Assembly (NCBI GenBank): GCA_030264375.1
Contig: JASCQW010000133.1
Location: 27,852,733 to 27,916,732, forward strand
Direction of reading: 5' to 3'
DNA length: 64,000 nt
Source: Carcharhinus longimanus
Taxonomy: Eukaryota
Below the pieces are notes generated by a model that saw only the letters and a list, made by a program, of their open reading frames with translations, was not told where the DNA came from and did not search any database. This document shows positions 1 to 12,098 of this stretch, piece after piece (the first letter of the stretch is position 1; every line of letters starts with the position of its first letter). The position numbers were made by a program, and so were the translations under genes.

Positions 1-76
1 TGTGAACAATTGAATCATAGAATTGTTAGCACAGAATGTTGCCATGATTTCTTTTAGGCTATTTAGGACAAGCGAA

Positions 77-395
77 TGGGCGGCACATTGGCACAATGGT
101 TAGCACTGCTGCCTCTCAGCACCAGAGACCTGGATTCAATTCTGCCCTTGGGTGACTGTCCTTTGAGTTTGCACATTCTCCCCGTGTCTGCATGGGCTTC
201 CTCTGGGTGCTCCGGTTTCCTCCCACACGCCAAAGATTAAGTTAGGTTGATTGGCCATGCTAAATTGTCCCTTAGTGGTAAGGGGGATTAGCAGGGTAAA
301 TACGTAGGTTTATGGCCATAGGGTCAGGTTGTGACCATTGTTGGTGCACTTTTGATGGGCTGAATGACCTACTTCTGCACTTAAGGATTCTATGA
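77..395 (+). mobile_element. HE1-type V-SINE
   Basis: tRNA-like head with A/B-box remnants (TGGTTAGCAC...GGATTCAATTC), central domain GAGTTTGCACATTCTCCCCGTGTCTGC..GGTTTCCTCCCAC, CR1-like tail GATGGGCTGAATG..GATTCTATG. Confidence 0.85.
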
Positions 396-551
396 CTAAA
401 TGTTGACGAGCTTCACTTAATCCTTAAGCAACAATAATATTTATGACCATAATTAATAATGCAATCACCATTGAAACTGATACAAGCAGTCAGTCAATGG
501 TTTTAGATTAGGTGATTTTGTTTATGAAACCATTTAAAATGAATTGGTTTT

Positions 552-1772
552 GTGAAGGGGAGGTCATGTCTCACTAACACGACCAAGTTTTTCAAGGAAG
601 TGATGAAGATGATTGATGAGAGTAGGATAGTGGATGTTGTCTACATGGACTTCAATGGCAGACTGGTGCAGAAGGTGAAGTCACATGGGATCAGAGGTGA
701 GCTGGCAAGGTGGATACAGAACTGGCTCGGTCATAGAAGACAGAAAGTAGTAGTAGAAGGGTGCGTTTTTGAATGGAGGGCTGTGACAAATAGCATTCCT
801 CAGGATCAGTGCTGGGATCTTTGCTGTTTGTAACATTTGGAGGAAAATGTAACTGGTTTGATTAGTAAGTTTGTGGACAACACAAAGGTTGGTAGATTTG
901 CGGATAGCGATGAAGGCCATCAGAGAACATGGCAGGATATAGTTTGGATGGAGGATTGGGCGGAGAGATGGCAGGTGGAGTTTAATCCGGATAAATGTGA
1001 GGTGATGCATTATGGAAGGTCTAATACAAATAGGAAATATACAGCAAATGGCAGAGCCCTTAAGAGTATTGGTAGGCAGAGGAAACTGGGTGTACAGGTC
1101 ACTGAAAGTGGCAACGCAGGTGGAGAAGGTGGTCAAGAAGGCATACAACATGCTTGCCTTCATCGACTGGGACAGTGCATTTAAAAATTGGCAGATCTTG
1201 TTGCAGCTTTATAGAACATTAGTGAGGCCGCACTTGGAATACAGTGTTCAATTCTGGTTGCCACACTACCAGAAGGATGTGGAGGCTTTGGAGAGATTAC
1301 AGAAAAGATTTACCAAGATGTTACCTGGTATGGAGGGCATTAGCAATGAGGAGAGGTTGGAGAAACATTTGTTCTCACTGGAACGACGGAGGTTGAGGGG
1401 TGACTTGATAGAAGTCCATAAGATTGAGGGTCATGAACAGAGTGGATAGTCAGAAGCTTTTCCCAGGGTGGAAGAGTCAATTACTAGGCAGCATAGGTTT
1501 AAGATGCGAGAGGCAAAATTTAAAGGAGATGTACGAGGCAAGTTTTTTTTTAAACACAGAGGATGGTGGTTACCTGGAACTCGCTACTTGGAGGGGTAGT
1601 GGAAGCAGATATGATCATGAGTTTTAAGGGCCATCTGGACCAATACATGAATAGAATGGGAATAGAGGCATATGGTCCCTGGAAGGGTGGGGGATATTAG
1701 TTCAGTCGGATAGCATTGTCGGTGCAGGCTTGGAGGACCTGTTCCTGTGCTGTAATTTTCTTTATTCTTTGA
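552..1772 (+). mobile_element. CR1 LINE 3' fragment (decayed RT and 3' UTR)
   Basis: Frameshifted ORFs with CR1 motifs GRSCLTN, VDVVYMDF, SKFVDNTK (FADDTK), WQVEFNPDKCEVMH, LVRPHLEYSVQFW, RRLRGDLIEV, then a microsatellite tail. Confidence 0.93.
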
Positions 1773-2106
1773 ATGCTTAATGACCAATTACTACCAGCAA
1801 GCTTTAGAAACCAATATAAACATAGTTTTTTTAAAAAAGTGTAACATCTCCTGAATAGATATTACTTGCTGAAAAGTTTCAAATTACATGAAATGTTTAC
1901 AAAATGGAATGGGTCAGCTCAGAGTGTGCACGTTTGTGTGTGTTTTTCCAGTTCATTTATTTTCAACCTGATGGAAATTCATATGTACATGCAAGAAATG
2001 CACACACACTTAATGTTTGGTCACATATTGCCTGAGATTGGTGGAATGAAAAATGCAAGGGCATAAAATAGATATATTAGCACAAAAAGAAACAAATGGG
2101 ACCTAC

Positions 2107-2222
2107 TTGTTTGGGTACTTGCGGAAGATGTCCTTGATTACTACTATGGCTTCCTGCACAACGTAATTTACCTTTGTTTGAATGAGGTCAAGTAGTGTGC
2201 TCACACAGCGCTCTGCTGATTG
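2107..2222 (-). CDS. AP1B1: AP1B1 exon 10, [38 protein letters not shown](K); gene continues left of the window
   Basis: 116 nt, translated by hand, AG/GT bounded. Confidence 0.95.
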
Positions 2223-2745
2223 CTGCAACAAACAATTCATTAAGTTAGTGTTTATTCCAGACAGTTATACTTCAAATGAAAAGACCAGATTTTACTGTAA
2301 TTACAATGAATGCTAATCTTCTCTTTCTACCCCTACAAAATATTCTTAAAATTCCCAAAACAAGAAAAGTTCATAGTAATTGTGTGCTAACTAGTTTTTG
2401 CTGAGTTATTAACTATGCTGATTTATAGGTAGTCTGTGCCAATCCACTGCATTCATTCAATTATTTCTTTAAAAACCATAGTTAACTCATACTGTGCATT
2501 ATTTAACATTCCAATCAAATCGAGGTCTTGGCATTGCATCAGTCAGTATAACTGAATTCAGTTCTTGGTATGAAACTGATTAGAGCAGGTCTCTGTAAAG
2601 GGATAAGAAGCCCATCTGGTGATGGATTGGAAGCAAGTAACCATTTCACATCATGCACATTCATGAATCAGGAAATATTAGATTACAAATTGTATTTGAG
2701 AGGTTTGACTATACAAAATATTAATGCTTCTAATTTATTAATTAC

Positions 2746-2841
2746 CTCAACTTTAATTGCACACCGTCCAATTGCACGTACGGCCTTCCGTACAAAGTCA
2801 ACATCCACTTCTGTTGCATATTCCTTCAATTCTGCCAAAAC
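2746..2841 (-). CDS. AP1B1: AP1B1 exon 9, [32 protein letters not shown]
   Basis: 96 nt, translated by hand, AG/GT bounded, phase 0-0. Confidence 0.95.
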
Positions 2842-4354
2842 CTGCAAGTTGGACAGGCAATTAATATAAGCTAATCAAATAGCTAAGTGCAGACAGTAAC
2901 CAACCCAGTCAATAGTTCAACATACCAAAAGATAATTGTGACATTTTGTGGTAAAAGCCAAAAATGGAACCACTCCACTTGCAAATTCCCACGTCTGTAT
3001 TAAATTGGGATATTGCACAATCTCCAAATTTGCATCAGGTGACTGATAATACAATGAGTCTCAATGTAACTTGGTAACATTTTTAAAGACATAGCCTGTC
3101 TATAACTTCTAATGGACTGGCAATTGTGTCGGATTGCCATTCCACTTGTAATTACTTACCTTGAAATCCAACTGCTCCCATCTCAACCAAACCTTACATC
3201 TCAGGCCAGGCTCGATCTGTGTTGCGTGGTGGATTTCTGTTGGTCTACAGTCAAGCGCCGAAGGTAAGCATGTCATATCACTTTTATTCACAGCACTAGT
3301 TGCTGTAAACCAGGTAAGTTTAAAAAGATTCAGCTACTTTAAGCCAGGGAGAAGGTAACAGCATNNNNNNNNNNGATATGATTTGAGGGGTGTGCGCGCG
3401 AGTGTGCGTGCGTGGTGGGGGGTCCTTTGTGGGTTCGGGAAATGGGCAAGGTTGACGGGGGTGGGAAAGGGGTCACTATAATAACCAGAGGCCACAAAAA
3501 TGTTTTTAATTTGTCCAACGTTTTCTGAGTAACTATTGCTGTATGACAGTCGGAGCCATTCGAAGTTTGCAATTTAAAATTGCATTCTTGGATGGTTCCC
3601 AGTGGAGGGAAATTGCCCAGAGGAAGTTTGAACTTTCCAGTGAATGGCATGTAATCCTTACCTGAGGACTTTTGTGGGGGAGTTCCCCAGTACATCTTTG
3701 GGGTACACGGCCCAGAAGCTATGGTCCACAGGCCGCATCTATGCTAGTCTCACTTCAGTTTAAAAAGCAAGGGAGAACCAGCTGAACCATTTAATAAGTT
3801 AAATACTTGGTCACCTGTTCATGAGTCACACCACTGTTGCCCCCGACTTAAAAAGGAACAATTGTTTGTCAATCCGTCAGTGATAAATGACAAAGTTCTT
3901 TGGAAGTTTGAAAATTCTCTTAAACTGCCAAGTTTGCATTAAATTAATTTCGAGATTCTAACATTTTTGCTGAACAAGGATTTTTTCATGAGATAAAAGA
4001 TTATAACACAAATTAATGTAGCTCAAAAGCATAAGGCAGTATACAAAAACTAAGTAATCTTGGAAAATTATGGTTTGAGACAGGTGGAACTTTCAGCATG
4101 CTGTTGCTGCTAGCAGAATGGATCTATTCATAAAAGCAACTGCGCAATATTCAACAATTATACACAAAACATGCTGAACAATTAGCCAGAGTGCAAGCAA
4201 AATACAACTTCACACTTTAAAGTGTGAATATAGCTGCTTCAATAAAGTGAAGCCAATTTGAAAATAAGGCGTTCTTAATGCATGGCCATGGACTAAAACT
4301 CGAGCAGTTATTGACGGTTCTTTTTCTATAAAAGAATACCAACATAATTCAAAG

Positions 4355-4548
4355 GCAAAATACTGTGGATGCTTAAAATCTGAAATTAACAAAAATGCTG
4401 GAAACTTCCAGCAGGTCTGTAGAGAGACAGACTTAACCGTTTAGCTCAATGACCTTTCACCAGAACTGAAGGCTATCATCTTGAATCGTTAACTTGGTCT
4501 CTCTCCACAGATGCTGCCAGACCTGATTATTTCCAGCATTTTCTGTTA
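4355..4548. mobile_element. Penelope-derived fold-back (inverted pseudo-LTR) element
   Basis: Imperfect inverted arms AAAATGCTGGAAA..CAGGTCTG and CAGACCTG..TTTCCAGCATTTT. Related to the copies at 20.9 kb and 48.6 kb. Confidence 0.55.
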
Positions 4549-4574
4549 TTAATATAATTCAGGTGGTTACTAAC

Positions 4575-4695
4575 CTGTGCAATGTTGGCTTGAGAAGCCA
4601 AGCGAATCATAATGTCCAGTTTTTCCAGTTTCACATAAATTGGATCATTGTATTTTACAAAGAAAACCTTCATTTCGTGCTTAAGAATCTCAGGC
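4575..4695 (-). CDS. AP1B1: AP1B1 exon 8, [40 protein letters not shown]
   Basis: 121 nt, translated by hand, AG/GT bounded, in frame. Confidence 0.95.
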
Positions 4696-7311
4696 CTATA
4701 TTAAAAAAGGAAATTTTAGTACAAAAGTAACATTTGGTTATATTCCTAAATCTTGAAATAACATTTCTCAATTCCTATCTTCAATTATGAAGCACCAAGC
4801 ATTGAATTATGCATAGTACTTATATATTATCAGTAGATGGCCAATCAAGTTTACATGTATATCTAAGCAAACAACAACTGTGAATCATTTTCCAATGTAA
4901 CCAGTGGGCAGCATGAATTTTCTTCGTGATATTACTGCCAAGTATCTATAGGATTTTATGCAAGTTTAAATATATTGTCATCTACTGTATCAACTTGAAA
5001 GAACATTACTTAAGTCCACAGCAACATTCCACCTACCTTTAATGCAACTGTCAGAGAAATTACAGCACAGAAGGAAGCCATTCAACCCACTGCATTGCAA
5101 CTAGTTATCTATACTAATATTCCAGATGAAAACCACTCAAATGACACACAACTAATATAAAAGCCAAAGTTTCTTTTGTGATGTTCACAAGTTATCACCT
5201 TGAAACATGAACCAGCATCTATTTGTTCAGATGCCAAACTGATTTAGATTTACTCAGAATAATTGTTTGCAATTCACTCCTTCCAGTGAGCAGTAGAGGT
5301 TGAATATACTCAAGGCCGAGTTAGACAGCGTTTTGATTGTCAAGCGTTATGGGGTCAGGCAGAAAAGTGGAATTAAGAATACATCAGATCAGCCATAATC
5401 TTACAGGTTTGGTGGAGCAGGCCTGAGGAGCTGCATGGTCAGCTTCTGCTCCTACATCTCACATTCTTGTATTCAGGATTTTGCTGCATTTATTTCAGAT
5501 TTACAGAATGTGCAATCTTGGAAACAAAAACCATCTATGCAGTCTTCATCATACATCGCTTGTGCACTACGTCTACACAATGAAATGTGTACAAAATGTC
5601 AGGAATCTGCAGTATTATTTCATTTCGATTATAAGGTTTAATCATTTAATAACAGAAAAAAAACTTCTGTTATTTTGCTATTATTTATCCAACTCTCAGA
5701 ATTTAAAAAAATCACTGGCTATGGGTGTCACTTGCCCATCCCTCAATTCTGTTGAACTGAGAGGCTCGCTTGGCCATTTCAGAGGCATTTCAAAGTCAAC
5801 CATACTGCTGTGGATCTAGAGACACATAGAAGCTCTCGTTGGGATAAAGCATAAAATGACTTGATTCACAAGTATGCAAATGCATACTTATTTTATACAA
5901 AACTTATTGCATGTTCCGAGAGAAACGTGGACAAAATCCTCCAAAAGATTGGTTTGAAAATAAATTGCAACCAGAGGTCAGAGTGATGATGCATTATTAT
6001 CACAGACAAACATTACTTCAGTTCGAGCCATTTTGGTGCTATGGTCAGATGAAAACTAGATTGGAGAGATTTCAATATTGGGCTGGAGGAAAGATGCAGA
6101 GTGACAATGTGTTCAAGAGAGAGGGTTCTTTCAAAGAGAGGGTTTAAGGTCGGTGTTTTTTTGCCTTTGGTAAGGAACTGGGGAAGAACTGCAGAGGCTG
6201 CTCAATGGACAGACTCAACCTTAGTGATAATGAAGTCCATGAATTCCTTGCACTTACTGTTGAAGGTGATGATGGGCAGGGCAAGCAAGGGGACCTTAAG
6301 GAAACAGTTCGTAACATGAGTTACATCTGCTCTCCGAGTGACCCTGGGGTAGTGGGTGGTTTTGGCAGAATAGAATGCAGCACTTGACATTATCCAATTA
6401 GGAACGACGGTGGTGGCGGTGGGGAGAGATTTTTCCCAGCCTGCTGCGCAGCACTTGGGCTTGGTGACAGAGGGAGGCCAGTGATCAAGGCTGGCCCGGA
6501 CATGTCAGGGAGGCCAACGATCAGGTGGCGGTGGGGGTGGGGGGGGGAATAGTGCGTATGCGCTGATCTCCTCTGTGACAGATCGGCACATGCACAGTGG
6601 CCCGCTCAGTGTAAGACTACCAGCCTCTCAAGTGGGAACAGGCCCCACCCACAACTTTTTAATGAAATTCACACTACGGTTGTCTGCAGCGCACAGAGTG
6701 TGGGAGATTCATTTTGCTGAAAAAAACCAAGGGTTGAATCCAGTTTTTATGCAAATTCAGCACTTCTTTGGGAGAATCCCAGCTATGATATTGACTCAAT
6801 TAGTTGTGGGCTAGATTTTCTAAAGTCTGCCCTCCTTGGACTTAGGAAACTCAAATGGGGCCATACTGGGTTGGTTGGGAGGTGGTAGTGGAGGATTATT
6901 CGCTTGAGAGAAAGGTTTTGTTGGATGCATGGGCATCAGTAGGTGGAACTGTTCAGCAGAAAAGTCTTGATCCCAACCAGAATTTTGAGGCAAGAAATGA
7001 AACTATTTCAATAATGTCAGCAACGGGCATCCCCTGGCATGCTTAAATGTAGCATGTCATGTCTGTGATGCACACTAATCTAACATCTTTGATTGCATCA
7101 GTTTAGAATTTTCTACTTTCTTCACAATCCTGTGGCAGAACTTTGATTCAAACAGGAACTAGGTGGTAGCAAACAAGTTTACTTAAACTCTCAGTCAAAA
7201 ATCAAGCATATATCAATGAGTTTTATAGCTTGAAGACATACTAATTTACTGCAGTCCAAACAACTGTGCATGAAATCATGCAAAATCCTAACAGCTTTAC
7301 ACAAAGAAATA

Positions 7312-7718
7312 CAGAAAGAAGTTGCATTTATATGGAATCTTCCATGTGTCCAGGACATTCCCAGGCACTTCACAGCTAGTGAATTATTGTGATGTTACTT
7401 TGCAGGAATCGCAGCAAATTTGCACTTGACAAGGTCCCACATCCAGCAATCAGATGAATGTGTTTGTTGGTAATAGTTGAGGATTGAACACCAGCCAGGA
7501 CATCAGATAATTCCCCTGCTCTTCAAAACAACAAGTGTAATGGATCTTTTACATCCACATGGACAGCAGACGAAGTCATGAATCATCCAACAGATGGCAT
7601 CTCAGACAATGAAGTGCTCCCTCAATTTAGCACTAAAATGTCAACAGAGATGAAACATTCACTTGTTTGGAGAGGGACTCAAAACCCTGACTCAAGTGCG
7701 AATGCTAACACTGAGGCA
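7312..7718 (-). mobile_element. DeuSINE (SacSINE1/AmnSINE1-related), decayed
   Basis: Reverse strand shows a tRNA-like head and a Deu-domain-like segment (GATGCCATCTGTTGGATGA..GTGGATGTAAAAGATCC). More decayed copies lie near 15300-15660, 19950-20185 and 52560-52900. Confidence 0.65.
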
Positions 7719-7763
7719 AGAAATGATAATAGCAACTGCCAAAATGGTAAGATTCTTACCACT

Positions 7764-8054
7764 GGCCCAATGGTGCAGTGATTAGCATTGCTGCCTCACA
7801 GCACCAGGGACCCAGGTTCAATTCCAGCCTCAGGTCACTGTGTGGAGTTTGCACTGTCTCCCCATGTCTGCGTGGGTTTCACCTGGATGCTTCGGTTTCC
7901 TCCCACAGTCCAAAGACATGCGGGTTAGGTTGATTGGTCAGGGGCAATTAGCAGGGTAAATGAGGATTATGGGACTAGGGTCTGGGTCGGCAATGAGGTC
8001 AGTACATACTTGATGGGCCAAATGGCCTCCTTCTGTACTAGAGGGATTCCATGA
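7764..8054 (+). mobile_element. HE1-type V-SINE
   Basis: Same head, V-domain and tail as 77-395. Confidence 0.85.
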
Positions 8055-8146
8055 TAATTTAAAACATACATTCTTGAAAGCTTTTGTAACTTGTTACCAA
8101 AACCCCCTTCTCTACAAAGATGTTGATCACATTCATATCACTGTAC

Positions 8147-8368
8147 CTTTTCTGTACAATGAGGTTAATGTTCCTGAGGGCCACATACTGAAGCTCTGGT
8201 TCTGCAGACAGCAGTGTTACTAGTGGGGGTGCCAGCTTCTTCAGCAAAGTGCCATAGTAATCCAAGTCCTTTGACAACATTTCCATGAACTTCATCAGAA
8301 CTTTTACAGCAGACAGGACAACAGCTGAGTTCGCATGAGATAACCGTGGTGTCACACGTTCACAAATG
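8147..8368 (-). CDS. AP1B1: AP1B1 exon 7, [26 protein letters not shown]...[11 protein letters not shown]
   Basis: 222 nt within ORF 8059..8379(-), AG/GT bounded. Confidence 0.96.
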
Positions 8369-8781
8369 CTATTGAACAAGAGATTCTGGTTAAATTAAAG
8401 GTATGGCCCACAAGATCTTAAATACATTTAGTACATTATTCAGAATCATCAGGAATGAAAGATTAATATTTTCAACTTTTGCAATAATTTAACTAAGAAT
8501 CAAATTACAAATAACATTCTTTAAGTTCCCCAAATACCAATTTTAAAAATCAGATTGTTGCAAGTTCTATTAAAAATCAAATAACTTGGACATGTATTCA
8601 TCAAACAATTAAAGAGATAGAAAACATTTATGGAAGAATAAAAACAGCAACAGGTGTAATTTTATTTTCCATTATTAGGTGATTGAACTTGATGTTTAAT
8701 ATATAAACATTTGGAACACTCAACTATAACATCTAATTTTATTGTAAGAAAATATTTCAAGCTGCCATTTCTGCGTTTTAC

Positions 8782-8972
8782 CTTTGGGCCTCTCTGTCAT
8801 CTTTTGGACTATAATTGGCTAAACAATCCAGGATAAATATCTGTCCCCATTCAGTACATTCATTTAAGGCTGTTAAAAGTTTGTTGATGGTCTGAGGGTT
8901 GAGATCTAACAAGTTGCTATTTGGATGGGACTCTGCAATCTCTGACAGAGCTGCCACTGCATTTGCCACGAC
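8782..8972 (-). CDS. AP1B1: AP1B1 exon 6, [27 protein letters not shown]...PKDDREAQ
   Basis: 191 nt overlapping ORF 8778..8969(-), AG/GT bounded, phase compatible. Confidence 0.96.
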
Positions 8973-10020
8973 CTGCAGGTTAAAGAGTTAGGGTAATTAA
9001 TGAAAAAGAACACATTCATATCAGAGTGACCTACTTGGACACTTAAACCTAGCTTAACATTTTGTCACCATTACAAAGGTTCAAAGTTGAATTGAATGGC
9101 TCATTATCATTTCTGGGAAAAGATAAAAAGAAACAGGTGTTCAGGTACTTCAAAAGAAACCGTGGTTTATTTATAACTATTCCTTAGGAAGACAGGAATT
9201 TAAAAATAAGAATCTCTAGATATTTTCAGTTTCGAAAAGATTGGATTCTGTGACACCAATGAATACTGTGCACTTCCCATAATAATGTTCCTTGAAAGAC
9301 TTTCCCCATCACATTCCTTGATAGCAATCCTACTGATACAAGAGCATACTGACATAGGATAAATATATTAAAGGTCACATCGGTATGCTTATCAAGTAGA
9401 AATGGGTTAATTTGAAACTTTAATATATGCTTAACTTATTTTGCACTAAATGTGGATAGACTGAATGAGACATCATATATTGCAATCACATGCATGGCCT
9501 TGGTTGGTCTGGCCTACATGTGACCAAAGTCCCACGACGGACTTGACTATTAATTGCCCTCAAAAGAAGCCTAGTTAGTATTAAGTCAGTGAAACCCAAA
9601 ACTGAATTTTTAAAAAAGCACTAATAAGCGAACAATGACAAAATGCTTCACTCCCAAACAGAGAAATATAATCAACTGGATACGAAAAGCAAAAGCCTCT
9701 TATCTGAAAAGCCAAGTGAACTCAAATACTAAGCTTCATGGAGGCTTTTTTTAAACACACATACAACATTCCTGAAGATAAATGAACATAACTGCTGACT
9801 ACAGCGTTGCAGTTCTGGCAAGACAGCAGTTGTCATCAAACTATCATAGCTTTGTCGGCTGAACTTTTAGCAGAGGCAGCAATTTAAATCTAGGTTAAAC
9901 ATCAACATGGCAATGTTGTTTTCTACACCAATATCGGCCACACACCCAGACTGGAAAAGAAACTACAAAGCCACTACTTTGTAGGAAAAGAAACTACTGG
10001 AAGCAGTTTCCAATGTGCAC

Positions 10021-10093
10021 ATAAGAACATAAGAAATAGGAGCAGGAGTAGGCCATCTGGCCCTTCGAGCCTGCCCCGCCATTCAATAAGATC
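10021..10093 (-). mobile_element. Young CR1 3' end abutting a 100-N gap
   Basis: Reverse complement of GATCTTATTGAATGGCGGGGCAGGCTCGAAGGGCCAGATGGCCTACTCCTGCTCCTATTTCTTATGTTCTTAT. Confidence 0.85.
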
Positions 10094-11829
10094 NNNNNNN
10101 NNNNNNNNNNNNNNNNNNNNNNNNNNNNNNNNNNNNNNNNNNNNNNNNNNNNNNNNNNNNNNNNNNNNNNNNNNNNNNNNNNNNNNNNNNNNNCAGACAA
10201 AATGTTCCATGTAATCATTCTCCTTGTGGAGACTTTATTTGCTGCTAGAACAACTTGATAAAATTCTCATGTAGCACATGACTTTGTCCATAATCATGCA
10301 GACTTAAGATTTACTGATGTATGTAAACCTAATGGCCATTTTGATTAATGGAACTTTGGAAATATGAGCGTGTCATATATTCTGAATGGTAATTTGTCGT
10401 AGAAAGAAAAAAACATTCAGAACAGAAGAATCATTCTGTCACAGCAAATGCTATGCTGGAGCCATATGTTAAGGAGCAACTGCGTATTCTAGCTAGCAGT
10501 TGTTGCGAATCTCTCCAATGAGATCACTATAAATTCCAATACCTTTTAGCATTATCAGATTTCATTTTGCACCTTTGACATTTACATGATGAAAAATTGT
10601 GCACAATTCATTACAAAACTGCGGAGTACAATCCCCAGACTACTCATGCAAGATAAAATATCAATAAGATGAAAATCTGCAGAGGCTGCTCAGATCTTCC
10701 ACCTTATGTTGTAATAATTGGTACACCACATTCAGCTACAGCGTATTGACTGTTTACCTTACTGGTTAGCTAGCTGGATTACACAGTATGTGTATTTAAG
10801 TAGTATTTGCGATAGTAATATTTTTTCAAGATTTTTTCCCCATTTTAGCTTATTCTTTCAACAACGATTTCTAAGATTGATCTGCTCTTCCTTTGCTCTT
10901 TGTCAATCTTCTTATTTGATGTTCTTGCTTTCTTCTCAATCTACTCTCGTATATACCATTGACTAGTTCACCAACACAGGCACAAAACAGCTTGGTTTTC
11001 AAAATAACTGCAGCATTTTGACATGGCAGTAAAAAAGTTTGAACTTTTAACTACATTAAAAAAGTTGACTGTCAAAACTATATTTTGATGACATGTATTT
11101 AGAAAATTTTCTATCGAAAAAAAAAATCACATACAGGCCAAGGCAACTTGATAGCAAGCAAGTCATCCCTACCCTAATGCATTCACAAGGTGAAAGAGGT
11201 AACAATTTATACAGATTTGATACAGGACAGGACAGCTTGTTATTAAGTCATTCCTTATCCTAATAATTCAAGGTGCAAGAGGCACTAATCCATCAGTCAA
11301 AGCTTTCAGACTTGCAGAGGTGACTTAACCCTGAAGAACCTTTTGAAAATGAATCACTAGTGATCAAAATAATGATTTTACTGATCAAAAAAGAAAGCCC
11401 ACATGATAAATAAGCTGAACAAGTACAGATAAACATTATCACATCTTCCAGAGTAGTATCATACCCTATGTCTGAAAACATCTTTTTTTTAAAAAGGTAA
11501 TGAAATTAGAAGCTTCTTGAATAGCTTCTAGTAGGCAGCTTAAGGAAAACCTTTACAAGTGAGAGATCATCTATCTACTCAAAACATTTAGCCAGGGTAT
11601 GGAGCTTAAAACATAGGAGAGCGACTACAGCACATAGAATCACAAAGGGCATCAGAATGGAAATATTTCAACTAACTTTGCACTCGGAAGTCTGAATATT
11701 TCATAACTCAGAATTGCTTCAAAAAATTATTTACCTTCTCCTTAAGAGCAATCTAGATCTAAATATTTTCAAGTTGACAACAATTCAATAAATTATATTT
11801 ATTTTATTATTTTTATCTCAGTATAGTAT

Positions 11830-12098
11830 CCTTAGAGGATGAGAGGGGGGGACTTAGTGGTAGGGGATGGGGAAATGGCTGAGGTCTTGAATAACTTTTT
11901 TGTTTCGGTCTTCACGGAGGANNNNNNNNNNNNNNNNNNNNNNNNNNNNNNNNNNNNNNNNNNNNNNNNNNNNNNNNNNNNNNNNNNNNNNNNNNNNNNN
12001 NNNNNNNNNNNNNNNNNNNNNCCATGATCTTATTGAATGGCGGGGCAGGCTCGAAGGGCTAGATGGCCTACTCCTGCTGCTATTTCTTATGTTCTTAT
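11830..12098 (+). mobile_element. Young CR1 insertion with its interior collapsed into a 100-N gap
   Basis: Left of the gap encodes RGGDLVVGDGEMAEVLNNFFVSVFTE (CR1 ORF2 linker, upstream of RT). Right of the gap is the CR1 3' tail. Confidence 0.85.

Noticed and set aside
77-150. tRNA genes at SINE heads
   Set aside because: The tRNA-like A/B boxes run straight into V-SINE bodies, and there is no complete cloverleaf.
552-1627. Intact reverse transcriptase gene
   Set aside because: 5'-truncated CR1 with stops, frameshifts and a mutated catalytic motif (FVDN).
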